DNA of 49,589 nt from an uncultured Candidatus Saccharibacteria bacterium (GCA_964502615.1 CAZCXF010000005.1:3956-53544), one strand, 5' to 3'; positions 1 to 9,736 are shown, counted from the first letter of the stretch. Notes: a model not told the origin generated them from the letters alone. Translations and numbers: made by a program.

Positions 1-1001
1 CCCTATATGCTGTTGCTATAGAGTTTCTGATTATGTGGATAGCAATTGGGGATTGGAAGATAGGGTTAATATCTTTGCCCCTAGTTGTTTTACTTCAAAG
101 CTATGTTATTAGATTAGTAGAAAATCTTTGGAATTTTGCAAGCATAGTTCGTACTTTTTATGATGGGTTTGCAGATGCTCAAGAGATGGCTGTTATCCTA
201 GATAAGCCATATAGTGTTTCTGACAATCCGACCGTATCCCTGTCTACAACTAAAGGGGATCTTGAATTCAAAGATGTCACTTACATATATGATAAAAACA
301 ATACAAAAGTATTTGATAATTTTTCCCTAACTATACCAGCCGGTCAGAAAGTAGCTATCATAGGTTCTTCTGGGGCCGGGAAATCAACTTTTGTAAAATT
401 AATCATGAGACTTTTCGATGTAACACAAGGAAGTATTTGTATTGATGGTGTTGATATTAGAAATATTTCTCAAGAGAATTTACGCTCACAAATATCTTTT
501 GTGCCACAAGAACCTGTTTTGTTTCACCGAACTCTAATGGAAAACATTAGATACGGTAGAAGGGATGCTACTGAAGAAGAAGTAAAAAAGGCAGCCGAAC
601 TTGCACACTGTACTGAATTTATAGAAAATCTGCCTTACAAATATGAGACTTATGTAGGTGAAAGAGGCGTAAAACTCTCAGGAGGTGAGCGCCAGAGAGT
701 AGCTATTGCGCGAGCTATACTAAAAGATGCACCGATACTTGTGCTTGATGAAGCAACTTCATCGCTCGATTCTCAATCAGAAGTTTTAATTCAAGATGCA
801 CTACACAACCTCATAAAAGGCAAAACTACTATTGTTATAGCCCACAGACTATCTACCATCCGAGAAATGGATCGCATTGTAGTAATTGCAAACGGAAAAA
901 TTGTAGAAGAAGGCAAGCACGAAGAGTTAATCAAAAAGATTGATGGAGAATATAAAAAACTCTGGGATCTTCAAGCTGGAGGTTTTAGAACCGATTTATA
1001 A
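1..1001 (+). CDS. ABC exporter (fused TMD-NBD, MsbA/MdlB-like), 3' part; 5' end lies outside the window
   Basis: Frame is open from position 3 to the TAA at 999-1001. Tail of a TM domain is followed by an NBD with Walker [11 protein letters not shown]-loop VPQEP, signature LSGGERQR, Walker [10 protein letters not shown] and H-loop IAHRLST. Confidence 0.9.
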   Translation, partial: LYAVAIEFLIMWIAIGDWKIGLISLPLVVLLQSYVIRLVENLWNFASIVRTFYDGFADAQEMAVILDKPYSVSDNPTVSLSTTKGDLEFKDVTYIYDKNNTKVFDNFSLTIPAGQKVAIIGSSGAGKSTFVKLIMRLFDVTQGSICIDGVDIRNISQENLRSQISFVPQEPVLFHRTLMENIRYGRRDATEEEVKKAAELAHCTEFIENLPYKYETYVGERGVKLSGGERQRVAIARAILKDAPILVLDEATSSLDSQSEVLIQDALHNLIKGKTTIVIAHRLSTIREMDRIVVIANGKIVEEGKHEELIKKIDGEYKKLWDLQAGGFRTDL

Positions 1002-2117
1002 TTATTTAATATCTAAAATAACTATCTCTGGAGTTGTGCCTATTCTTATCGGTATAGTTGCTGTACCTATACCATAGGTTATTACTCCAATTGTGTCTTT
1101 TGTGTAATTTACTCCATGGCTAAATGATCCATATAGTAACTCAATTATAAAATTGATAGGTATAAATTGTCCCCCGTGAGTATGACCTGATAAAACCAAT
1201 GAAACATTTAAATCAGCCAAAGCTGCGCTATTTCTTGGGTCATGAAGCAACACAATAGAAGAGGTATTTTTATCATAACCCAATCTTTCTAAGCGCTCCC
1301 TAGTATTTTCTTTACTCTCATTTCCTTTGTAGGATAGACCTATTATCTGAGTCTCATTAACAATTATTTTTTTATCTGTAACATCTGTAATATTCTTTGG
1401 AAATATGCTTCTAAATGTGTCGTATTCCAAACTGTATCTTTCATGATTACCTTCTACATATATTAATCCAAGTGGAGGTAATAAGGACTCTACGTGTTTA
1501 AAACTATCCTTGTATGGAAAGGAAGGCCCATCAATAATATCACCAGCGTGGAATACTAGATCTGGGTTTTCTTCCTTAATAATTTTTGTTATTTTTTTAG
1601 CAAAACCCTCATTTCTTGTTTGTCCAAAGTGAGTATCAGATATCAGAATAATTTTTTTATCTGACCACTTGCTACTAAGCGTTTTTGATTTAATATTCCA
1701 CTTTACTATTTTAGGTCTAGATGCATTGTATACACCATATATTATTGAAAAAATGGCCAGCATGAAAAAGGAAATTTCTAATGAATAGATGGAAATGTTA
1801 AATTTACCAAAAACACCCAAACTAGTTATTCCCGCTATAATAAATTGGCCAATAAAAAGGTAGATTACAAACCCAAACCAAACTGCACTAATTGTATATA
1901 AATAAGATCCGATTTTTGTGTAATATTTAAATCCAATGAATGTAGTAAATATAAATACTACAGGTAATATCATTAATCCATAAAACATTAATTGGTAAAA
2001 CAAATGATTTTTTTCAAAGAAAAGATCTTTAATCAGAGAGAAAGTACTTTTCTCTATTAAGAAAATCATCATTCCAAATATCAAAACAAATACTATCCTG
2101 TTATATTTACTTTTCAT
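1002..2117 (-). CDS. Membrane-anchored metallophosphoesterase (calcineurin-like, YkuE/YaeI type)
   Basis: About 4 N-terminal TM helices, then motifs DTHFG, GDIIDG, GNHE, LLHDP, GHTHGGQ. The start overlaps the upstream stop (ATGA). Confidence 0.85.
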   Translation of the reverse strand: MKSKYNRIVFVLIFGMMIFLIEKSTFSLIKDLFFEKNHLFYQLMFYGLMILPVVFIFTTFIGFKYYTKIGSYLYTISAVWFGFVIYLFIGQFIIAGITSLGVFGKFNISIYSLEISFFMLAIFSIIYGVYNASRPKIVKWNIKSKTLSSKWSDKKIILISDTHFGQTRNEGFAKKITKIIKEENPDLVFHAGDIIDGPSFPYKDSFKHVESLLPPLGLIYVEGNHERYSLEYDTFRSIFPKNITDVTDKKIIVNETQIIGLSYKGNESKENTRERLERLGYDKNTSSIVLLHDPRNSAALADLNVSLVLSGHTHGGQFIPINFIIELLYGSFSHGVNYTKDTIGVITYGIGTATIPIRIGTTPEIVILDIK

Positions 2118-3034
2118 TTTGTTCTATTTTCTTTTATAGATTTATATAAGAAGTAACCGATAATTAAAAATGTTACAAGGGGAGAGACGTATTGTGGTAT
2201 GTGAACCCCAAATGCGTCACTTGTCATTATTATTCCTAGAGCAAGTATTGAATACATAGCTCCATTTTTTAAATATTTATATTTTTTGATCCGATCAATA
2301 TTTCCAATTGTAAGCTTCCTTAGTACAAACGCACCTATTCCATTTCCTAAAAGAATTAGTGGAATTGATAAAGTAAAAGCAAATGCACCAAGCACTCCAT
2401 CTATTGAAAAAGTAGCATCAATTATTTCTAGATATAGTATTTTTGAAAGGTCGCTCATACCTGATTTACCAGAAAGCAATTCTTTTTCACCCTTCTCAGC
2501 ATTTTCTTTGAACCCATGTGTTATGAAAAATGCAGTTGAACCAATAACTGCTCCAAAAGCAATCATTGGTGAGATTTTCATTGCATACCACACTATAACT
2601 GCAAGGATTATTGAAACGGTTGCGAAAAACCAAACCCCATGACGATGAAAGAATTTTTCACCACGTAGACCAAAATTTTTTGGCTCTAAAAATAGCCAGT
2701 GAAAAAATAAGAATATTAAAAATACTCCACCTCCCATAAGCAGAACTGGAGCGGCGCTATCTATCGCTTGATGTATAGAAGGATCATTTGAAAATGTAGC
2801 AGTAAGTGCTCCTATTGGTCCAAGGCTTGGGATTGTTGCCCAAACTATAACCCACGGTAATAATCCTCTAATTAAAAAAACAGCAATTAAAAGTCCCCAA
2901 AATAGGAACCATTTTCGAGCTTTATTGCTCATTGTTCCTAGGACTTCTGCATTTATAACTGCGTTATCAATACTAGATATTATTTCGAAAAGACATAATC
3001 CTAGAACTGTAATAATCATCGAGCTTATCGTCAT
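2114..3034 (-). CDS. DUF475/TerC-like integral membrane protein
   Basis: Polytopic membrane protein with N-terminal EIISSIDNAVINA-type motif and a central amphipathic loop, as in DUF475/TerC-type proteins. The family call is from memory. Confidence 0.55.
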   Translation of the reverse strand: MTISSMIITVLGLCLFEIISSIDNAVINAEVLGTMSNKARKWFLFWGLLIAVFLIRGLLPWVIVWATIPSLGPIGALTATFSNDPSIHQAIDSAAPVLLMGGGVFLIFLFFHWLFLEPKNFGLRGEKFFHRHGVWFFATVSIILAVIVWYAMKISPMIAFGAVIGSTAFFITHGFKENAEKGEKELLSGKSGMSDLSKILYLEIIDATFSIDGVLGAFAFTLSIPLILLGNGIGAFVLRKLTIGNIDRIKKYKYLKNGAMYSILALGIIMTSDAFGVHIPQYVSPLVTFLIIGYFLYKSIKENRTK

Positions 3035-3086
3035 TTATATAGTATAGCTATTTTTTATCTTTTGTCATTTATGGTAAATTAAAATA

Positions 3087-4313
3087 ATGTTTAAGAATAA
3101 AATATTAATCACAATATTTCTGACTGTATTTATCGATCTATTAGGGATCGGTATTTTGATACCTGTTATACCTCAACTATTTGCAAATCCTCTGTCTTCT
3201 GAATATATGCTCCCTTTAGGTACATCTATAAACCAAGGATACTTACTATTAGGTCTTTTGATTGCGGTATATCCAATAGGTCAGTTTTTAGCTACACCAA
3301 TACTAGGTCAGTTATCAGACAAATATGGAAGAAAGAAAATATTGGGAGTATCACTTTTTGGGACAGCCATATCATATGTTTTATTTGCTTTAGCTATCGT
3401 AACAAAAAATATCCCACTCCTATTTTTTTCAAGATTCTTTGACGGAGTAACTGGTGGAAATATTTCAATTGCTCAAGCAATGATAGGGGATGTATCAAAA
3501 CCAGAAAATAGAGCAAAGAATTTCGGTATGCTAGGTGCTGCTTTTGGTCTTGGTTTTATATTTGGACCTTTTATAGGAGGCAAACTATCTGATCCATCTC
3601 TTGTATCATGGTTTAACTCCGCTACACCTTTTTATTTTGCAGCAATACTTGCTTTTATAAATATGCTATCGGTCTTATTTTTAGTTCCTGAGACAAACAA
3701 AAATTTATGGAAAGAGAAGTTAACTATAGGTAAATCTTTTTCTAATATAAAGAAGGCCATGGAGATGAAAGGGGTAAGTACTATATTTGTTACAAACTTT
3801 CTTTTCTTTGGAGGTTTTACTTTTTTCACGACATTCTTTGGAGTTTTTCTCATAGATAGATTTGGATTTAGCCAAGGTAATATTGGTGACTTTTTTGCTT
3901 ATGTTGGAATCTGGAGCGTATTTACTCAAGCAGTGATGACTAGGATTTTTGCAAGACATTTTACTGAGCCACAAATTATTCGCTACACATTAATTGGAGC
4001 TGGTATATTAATCCTTGCGTATTTCTTGCCTACTAAATCTTGGGAGCTGTTTTTGATACCCCCATTTTTCTCTATATGTACAGGACTTACAATGGCCAAT
4101 ATTAATAGTCTACTTTCTAAAGCCTCTCCACCAGATCAAAGAGGGGAAATCATGGGTATAAGCTCTTCAGTCCAAGCTCTTGCTCAAGCAATACCTGCGA
4201 TACTCTCTGGATTTATTGCTGCAAGTCTTGCCCCCACAACTCCACTAATAGTAGCTTCAATATTGGTAATATTCTCAGGATTGGCTTTTAGATTCTTGTA
4301 TAAAAAGGGCTAA
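3087..4313 (+). CDS. MFS transporter (TetA/TCR-like efflux family)
   Basis: 12-TM profile. MFS motif A-like [13 protein letters not shown] and TetA-type [22 protein letters not shown]. Confidence 0.8.
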   Translation: MFKNKILITIFLTVFIDLLGIGILIPVIPQLFANPLSSEYMLPLGTSINQGYLLLGLLIAVYPIGQFLATPILGQLSDKYGRKKILGVSLFGTAISYVLFALAIVTKNIPLLFFSRFFDGVTGGNISIAQAMIGDVSKPENRAKNFGMLGAAFGLGFIFGPFIGGKLSDPSLVSWFNSATPFYFAAILAFINMLSVLFLVPETNKNLWKEKLTIGKSFSNIKKAMEMKGVSTIFVTNFLFFGGFTFFTTFFGVFLIDRFGFSQGNIGDFFAYVGIWSVFTQAVMTRIFARHFTEPQIIRYTLIGAGILILAYFLPTKSWELFLIPPFFSICTGLTMANINSLLSKASPPDQRGEIMGISSSVQALAQAIPAILSGFIAASLAPTTPLIVASILVIFSGLAFRFLYKKG

Positions 4314-4333
4314 AATGTATACTTAATGTATAT

Positions 4334-6118
4334 ATGAATACGGAAGTCCGAAACTGCCAGAATTGCAAAAATAACTTCACTATCGAACCTGATGATTTTT
4401 CTTTCTATGAGAAGATGAAAGTACCGGCTCCTACTTTTTGCCCAGCATGTCGTACTCAAAGACGCTGGGCATTTCGCAATGAACGAGGATTATATAAAAG
4501 AAAGTGTGATTATTCAGGAAAAGAAATTTTCTCTATGTATGCCCCAGATTCTCCAGTTAAAGTATATGATCGCGATATATGGATATCAGATGTATGGGAC
4601 CCACTAGACTATGGACGTGAGATTGATTGGTCAAAACCGTTTTTAACTCAATTACATGAGCTCATGCTTGATGTACCATTTAAATCAAATAATGTAATTC
4701 GCGGGGTAAACAGTGATTACTCTAACAATGCAACTGATCCAAAGAATTGTTACTTAGTTTTTAATACTACTGTTCCAGAAGATTGCATGTATTCAAATGG
4801 ATTAAACTATTCGAGAGAATGTGTTGATGTTTCTCATGTATCTAAATGTGAGACTTGTTATCAAAGTTTCTGGTTGGGTTCATGTTATAGAGCAAATTAC
4901 TGTTCTCAATGTGTGGATTCAAGTGACCTATGGTTTTGTAAGGATTGTCAGGGGTGTATGAACTGTTTCGGTTCAGTTAATCTTAGAAATAAAAATTATC
5001 ATTTCTTTAATGAACAACTTTCAAAAGAGGATTATGAAAAAAGAGTAGAAGAATATAATTTACATACTCGTGAAGGAGTAGAGAGAGCTTTTAAAGATAC
5101 CCATGAATTTTGGAAAAAATTTCCTAACAAAAACCATCAAGGAATCAAAAACGTAGATTGTACAGGTTCCTATGTCAGTAACTCAAAAAATGTTAAAGAC
5201 TCTTTTCTTGTGCGAGAGAGTGAAAATATGCGCTACTGCCAATACATACAAGAGACTCCTGGGTCAAAAGATTGTTATGACTACTCAAACTGGGGCTGTG
5301 GAGCAGAACTAGTATATGAATCTATATCTTGTGGTAATGGAGTACAGAATCTTAAATTTACTTGGCTTACTCAAGAGAGTGCTCACGATGCTGAATATAC
5401 AATTGCTTGTTTTGGTTCGAGCTATCTTTTTGGGTGTGTAGGTATACGTAAAAAAGAATACTGTATTTTGAATAAACAATATACCAAAGAAGAATATTTT
5501 GAACTTGTAGAAAAAATTAAAAAACATATGGACGAAATGCCATACGTAGATAAAGTCGGACATATTTATAGATACGGAGAATTTCTTCCATCTGAGATGA
5601 GTCCATGGGCTTATAATGAAACAATTGCGCAAGAATATTTCCCTCTAACAAAAGAACAAGCTATTGCAAAAGGTTATCGATGGAGAGACCCAGATGTAAA
5701 AGATTATAAGCCAACATTACCATCAGATAATATTCCAAATGATATTACTCAAGTTGATGAATCAATAACAAAAGAAATAATAGAGTGTGCACACAAAGGG
5801 GAGTGTAATCAAGGGTGCACAAAGGCATTCCGAATTATTCCTGATGAGTTAGCTTTTTATAAAAAGATTGGTGTGCCACTTCCAACTTTATGTCCGGCAT
5901 GTCGTACTATCGAGAGATTAAAACTAAGATTAGGAGTTGAATTATACGATAGTACTTGTATGTGCAATGGAACTCAATCAAAGGATAGTATTTATAAAAA
6001 CCAGGTTGCACATCCGCATGGAGATGTTTCTTGTGAGAATAAATTTAAAACAGGATTTAAACCAGATCACGGAGATCTAGTATACTGCGAGAGTTGTTAT
6101 CAGCAAGAAGTAGATTAA
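4334..6118 (+). CDS. Cysteine-rich protein with terminal zinc-ribbons, paralog A (uncharacterised family)
   Basis: 594 aa ORF. N-terminal CQNCKNNFTIEPDDFSFYEKMKVPAPTFCPACRTQRR, Cys-dense centre, C-terminal AFRIIPDELAFYKKIGVPLPTLCPACR and YCESCYQQEV. Clear paralog of the next two ORFs and of 16988-18724. Confidence 0.85.
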   Translation: MNTEVRNCQNCKNNFTIEPDDFSFYEKMKVPAPTFCPACRTQRRWAFRNERGLYKRKCDYSGKEIFSMYAPDSPVKVYDRDIWISDVWDPLDYGREIDWSKPFLTQLHELMLDVPFKSNNVIRGVNSDYSNNATDPKNCYLVFNTTVPEDCMYSNGLNYSRECVDVSHVSKCETCYQSFWLGSCYRANYCSQCVDSSDLWFCKDCQGCMNCFGSVNLRNKNYHFFNEQLSKEDYEKRVEEYNLHTREGVERAFKDTHEFWKKFPNKNHQGIKNVDCTGSYVSNSKNVKDSFLVRESENMRYCQYIQETPGSKDCYDYSNWGCGAELVYESISCGNGVQNLKFTWLTQESAHDAEYTIACFGSSYLFGCVGIRKKEYCILNKQYTKEEYFELVEKIKKHMDEMPYVDKVGHIYRYGEFLPSEMSPWAYNETIAQEYFPLTKEQAIAKGYRWRDPDVKDYKPTLPSDNIPNDITQVDESITKEIIECAHKGECNQGCTKAFRIIPDELAFYKKIGVPLPTLCPACRTIERLKLRLGVELYDSTCMCNGTQSKDSIYKNQVAHPHGDVSCENKFKTGFKPDHGDLVYCESCYQQEVD

Positions 6119-6120
6119 TC

Positions 6121-7812
6121 ATGGAAACAAGAAACTGCCAAAACTGCAAAAATGATTTCACCATCGAGCTAGATGACATTTCTTTCTATGAGAAGATGAA
6201 AATACCATTACCAACATGGTGTTTTGAATGTAGACAACAACGTAGATATGCTTGGCGAAACGAACGAACTTTATACAGAAGAACTTGTGATCTTTGTCAA
6301 AAAAGTATGGTTACAATATATTCACCCAATAAACCTTTCAAGGTTTATTGTAACGAGTGTTGGTGGAGTGATAATTGGGATTCATCCTCGTATGGGAAAG
6401 ATTTTGATTTCTCGAGACCATTTTTTGAACAGTTTTCTGAATTACAGCATGAGGTACCTCGTATGGCGCTTTTGAATAAAAATAGTACCAACTCCGAGTA
6501 CACTAATCATTCTGGAAATAATAAGAATGTTTACATGTCATTTTGTTCTTTCGACGGAGAAAATATTATGTATAGCACTTGGACAATGAAAAATTGTCGA
6601 GACCTGATGGATTGCGGTTTTATTGCTGAAAAAGGGGAGAGACTATATGAAGTTATCGATTCGCGCACCTCATACCAATGTCAGTATGGTATTTTCTTGA
6701 AAGATTGCTCCTCTTGTTATTATTGCTACGACTGCAAAGGTTGTACAGATTGTTTCATGTCTTCAAATTTACGTAATAAAAGTTATGTATTTAAAAATGA
6801 ACAATATACTAGAGAAGAGTATTTAGAGAAAATAAAAGAGTTTGATCTATCTTCTTACCAAACTCGTGAAAACTTAAATAAAGACTTTGAAGATTTGCTT
6901 AAAAATCACTCAATACATCGATATGTCATTAGTGAAAGAAATATAAATTCTACTGGATCTCTACTTTTTGATTGTAAAAATATTATTAATTCTTTTGAAG
7001 TAGATAAAGGAGAAAATTGTAAATATATTTATGGAGGTATTGATATAAAAGATTCTATGGATATTTACCACGTAGGATACAATATTGAGCTATGTTATGA
7101 GTGCCAAGGGTGTACAAGAATTCCTAACTGCCAGTTTTGCCATCTTTGTTACGACGATATGAATGTAATGTATTCTGACACGTGTCAGAATAGTCAGAAT
7201 CTTTTTGGTTGCGTTTCGGTTAAGAAAGGAGAATATATGATTTTTAATAAAAAATATACCAAAGAAGAGTATAGTTCTCTAAAAGAAAAAATTATTGAAC
7301 ATATGAGACAAACAAAAGAATATGGAGAATTTTTTCCACCTTCAATAGCGCCAGTTTATTATAATGAAACTCAAGGAAATCTTTATGACCCACTAACAAA
7401 AGAAGAAGTTTTAGCAAAAGGTTGGCAATGGGAAGATAACCTTCCTGGAACTTTTGGAAAAGAAACAATTTCCCATATGAATATTCCAGATAGAATTGAA
7501 GATATATCTGATGAATACTTAAAAGAAATTTTTGCATGTTTATTATGTTCAAAAAATTATAATATCACACGCGATGAAATTACTTTTTATCGAAAAGAAA
7601 ATATTCCACTACCAAGGAAGTGTCCTAATTGTCGATACAAAAGGAGGTTTGATCTCCGTCCGCTTAGGAAACTTTGGCACAGATCATGTATGTGTGAAAA
7701 ATCTAGTCATAACCATGAAGGAAAATGTCCAATTGAATTTGAAACTAGTTATGCCCCTGATCGGTCGGAGGTAATATATTGTGAGCAATGTTATCAACAA
7801 GAAGTTTTATAA
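6121..7812 (+). CDS. Cysteine-rich protein with terminal zinc-ribbons, paralog B
   Basis: ATG at 6121 gives METRNCQNCKNDF, matching the paralog N-termini, 2 nt after the stop of paralog A. I count 37 Cys. The ORF-track start at 6094 lies inside paralog A and is rejected. Confidence 0.85.
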   Translation: METRNCQNCKNDFTIELDDISFYEKMKIPLPTWCFECRQQRRYAWRNERTLYRRTCDLCQKSMVTIYSPNKPFKVYCNECWWSDNWDSSSYGKDFDFSRPFFEQFSELQHEVPRMALLNKNSTNSEYTNHSGNNKNVYMSFCSFDGENIMYSTWTMKNCRDLMDCGFIAEKGERLYEVIDSRTSYQCQYGIFLKDCSSCYYCYDCKGCTDCFMSSNLRNKSYVFKNEQYTREEYLEKIKEFDLSSYQTRENLNKDFEDLLKNHSIHRYVISERNINSTGSLLFDCKNIINSFEVDKGENCKYIYGGIDIKDSMDIYHVGYNIELCYECQGCTRIPNCQFCHLCYDDMNVMYSDTCQNSQNLFGCVSVKKGEYMIFNKKYTKEEYSSLKEKIIEHMRQTKEYGEFFPPSIAPVYYNETQGNLYDPLTKEEVLAKGWQWEDNLPGTFGKETISHMNIPDRIEDISDEYLKEIFACLLCSKNYNITRDEITFYRKENIPLPRKCPNCRYKRRFDLRPLRKLWHRSCMCEKSSHNHEGKCPIEFETSYAPDRSEVIYCEQCYQQEVL

Positions 7813-7815
7813 TCT

Positions 7816-9519
7816 ATGGAAACAAGAAATTGCCAAAATTGTAAAAATGATTTCAACATCGAACCAGATGATTTTTCGTTCTATGAGAAGATCAAAGTTC
7901 CTCCACCAACGTTTTGTGTAGAATGCAGGATGAAAAGGCGTATGGTTTGGCGCAATGTACGTTCTCTTCATAGAAGGGAATGTGGTATGTGTAATAAGTC
8001 TATTATATCTATGTATAAAGACGATGGGGTACCTGTATATTGTACAGAATGCTGGTTTGGGGGGAATTATGATTTATTTAAATACGGCAGGGAATATGAT
8101 TTCTCAAGGTTATTCTTTACACAGTTAAAAGAACTTTTCAATAAAGTTCCAAGATATTTTGCGTATAAAGCTGGAACATTAGTAAATTCTGATTACACTA
8201 ATTTTACTGTTGATAATAAAAATGCTTACTTGTCTTTTTCCATAGTTGGGTGTGAAGATATATCCTATAGTGAAGTAATTGATAAATCAAAAAATAGCAT
8301 GGATTGCTATGCTGTAGTAAAAATGGATGGATGTTATCAAAACATAGATTGTGAAGGAAATTATAATACTTACTATGCTGTTAAATCTCAATCATGTATT
8401 GACTCATCTTTTGTTTACGATTGTGTAAATTGTCAGAATTGTTGCTTGTCATCAAATCTAAGAAATAAGCAATATTATTTTAATAATCAAAAATTAAGCA
8501 AAGAAGAATATCAAAAAGCAGTTGCTGATTTACAACTAAGAACAAATACTGGGATACAAAATACTAAAAAATATTTTGATGAAGAAATTTTAAAAAATGC
8601 AATTCATAAATTTTCATATTCTTATGCTAATGTGGATGCCACAGGGGACTACTTGAATCATTGTAAAAATACAAAATTTTGTTTTGATGCTTATGATGCA
8701 GAAAATATAAAATATGCTTGTCGAACTTTTGATTCGAAAGACTGTATGGATTTGCAAGGTGTTGGTGGTGGAGAATTAATTTACGATACTGTTGCTGCAA
8801 GTTGGGGAACTTACAAAGATTATTTTTGCTACATAACACTTGGTTGTAAAGAATGCGAATATTCTTTGAATTTAAAAAACTGCTCTAATTGTTTTGGATG
8901 TGTAGGATTAATGAATGCAAAATATTGTATTTTTAATAAACAATACGAAAAAGAAAAATATTTTGAAATTGTTAAGAAAATTAAACAACATATGAAAGAT
9001 ATGCCATATATAGATAGTATGGGACGTATATTTTCTTATGGTGAATATTTCCCATTTGATATGTGTCCTTTTGGTTACAATGAAGGAAATTCAAATGACG
9101 GATTTCCAATCTCAAAAGATGAAGCTATTAGTATGGGATACCCATGGTATGAGAGAGAAAAAAGAGATTATCAAATTACGATAAATTCACAAGATTTACC
9201 CGATAGTATTGATGATATATCAGATAATATCACTCAAGAAGTCATTAGTTGCCCCAATGGCGGCTATGCAGAGTTTCAATGTACAGTAGCCTTTCGCATA
9301 ACCCCTGAAGAATTATCTTTTTATCGTCAAAAAGGACTTCCTTTGCCTAGATATTGTCCAAATTGTCGTCACTATGAGCGTCTTAAATACAGAAATCCTA
9401 TGAAATTATATAAAAGAACTTGTAGTAATGGTTGTGGAAGAGAATTTGAGACTACTTATGCTCCAGATAGGCCTGAGAGAGTCTATTGTGAGCAGTGTTA
9501 TCAGGCTGAGGTTCTCTAA
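7816..9519 (+). CDS. Cysteine-rich protein with terminal zinc-ribbons, paralog C
   Basis: Starts METRNCQNCKNDFNIEPDDFSFYEKIKVPPPTFCVECR, 3 nt after the stop of paralog B. Same architecture, ends YCEQCYQAEVL. Confidence 0.85.
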   Translation: METRNCQNCKNDFNIEPDDFSFYEKIKVPPPTFCVECRMKRRMVWRNVRSLHRRECGMCNKSIISMYKDDGVPVYCTECWFGGNYDLFKYGREYDFSRLFFTQLKELFNKVPRYFAYKAGTLVNSDYTNFTVDNKNAYLSFSIVGCEDISYSEVIDKSKNSMDCYAVVKMDGCYQNIDCEGNYNTYYAVKSQSCIDSSFVYDCVNCQNCCLSSNLRNKQYYFNNQKLSKEEYQKAVADLQLRTNTGIQNTKKYFDEEILKNAIHKFSYSYANVDATGDYLNHCKNTKFCFDAYDAENIKYACRTFDSKDCMDLQGVGGGELIYDTVAASWGTYKDYFCYITLGCKECEYSLNLKNCSNCFGCVGLMNAKYCIFNKQYEKEKYFEIVKKIKQHMKDMPYIDSMGRIFSYGEYFPFDMCPFGYNEGNSNDGFPISKDEAISMGYPWYEREKRDYQITINSQDLPDSIDDISDNITQEVISCPNGGYAEFQCTVAFRITPEELSFYRQKGLPLPRYCPNCRHYERLKYRNPMKLYKRTCSNGCGREFETTYAPDRPERVYCEQCYQAEVL

Positions 9520-9706
9520 AGGGGAAATATTTTCTCTAAAATTACACAAAAATTTTAGAATATTTTTATAATTTTTAAACTGCGAATTTTTATCAAATTT
9601 TGTCTGAAAATAGACTTAAGTTTGAACGATTTTTAGACCTAGAGTCAAACAGTTATTGACGTGGGTCAAACATTTAGACATAGTTTTGTATTTTATAGTT
9701 ATTCAC

Positions 9707-9736
9707 TTGTGGATGGACTCGGCTCGAGAGTATAAT
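9707..9736 (+). promoter_or_regulatory. Candidate sigma70-type promoter of the RNR gene
   Basis: TTGTGG (9707-9712), 18 nt spacer, TATAAT (9731-9736), about 50 nt upstream of the ATG. Hexamer matching only, in AT-rich DNA. Confidence 0.25.

Noticed and set aside
2286-2642. 118-aa + strand ORF inside the DUF475 gene
   Set aside because: It lies entirely antisense to a longer membrane-protein ORF with a recognisable motif. Its composition mirrors the hydrophobic codons of the sense strand and it has no motif of its own.
6094-6120. ORF-track start of paralog B at 6094
   Set aside because: It overlaps the last 25 nt of paralog A. The ATG at 6121 reproduces the METRNCQNC N-terminus shared with paralog C.
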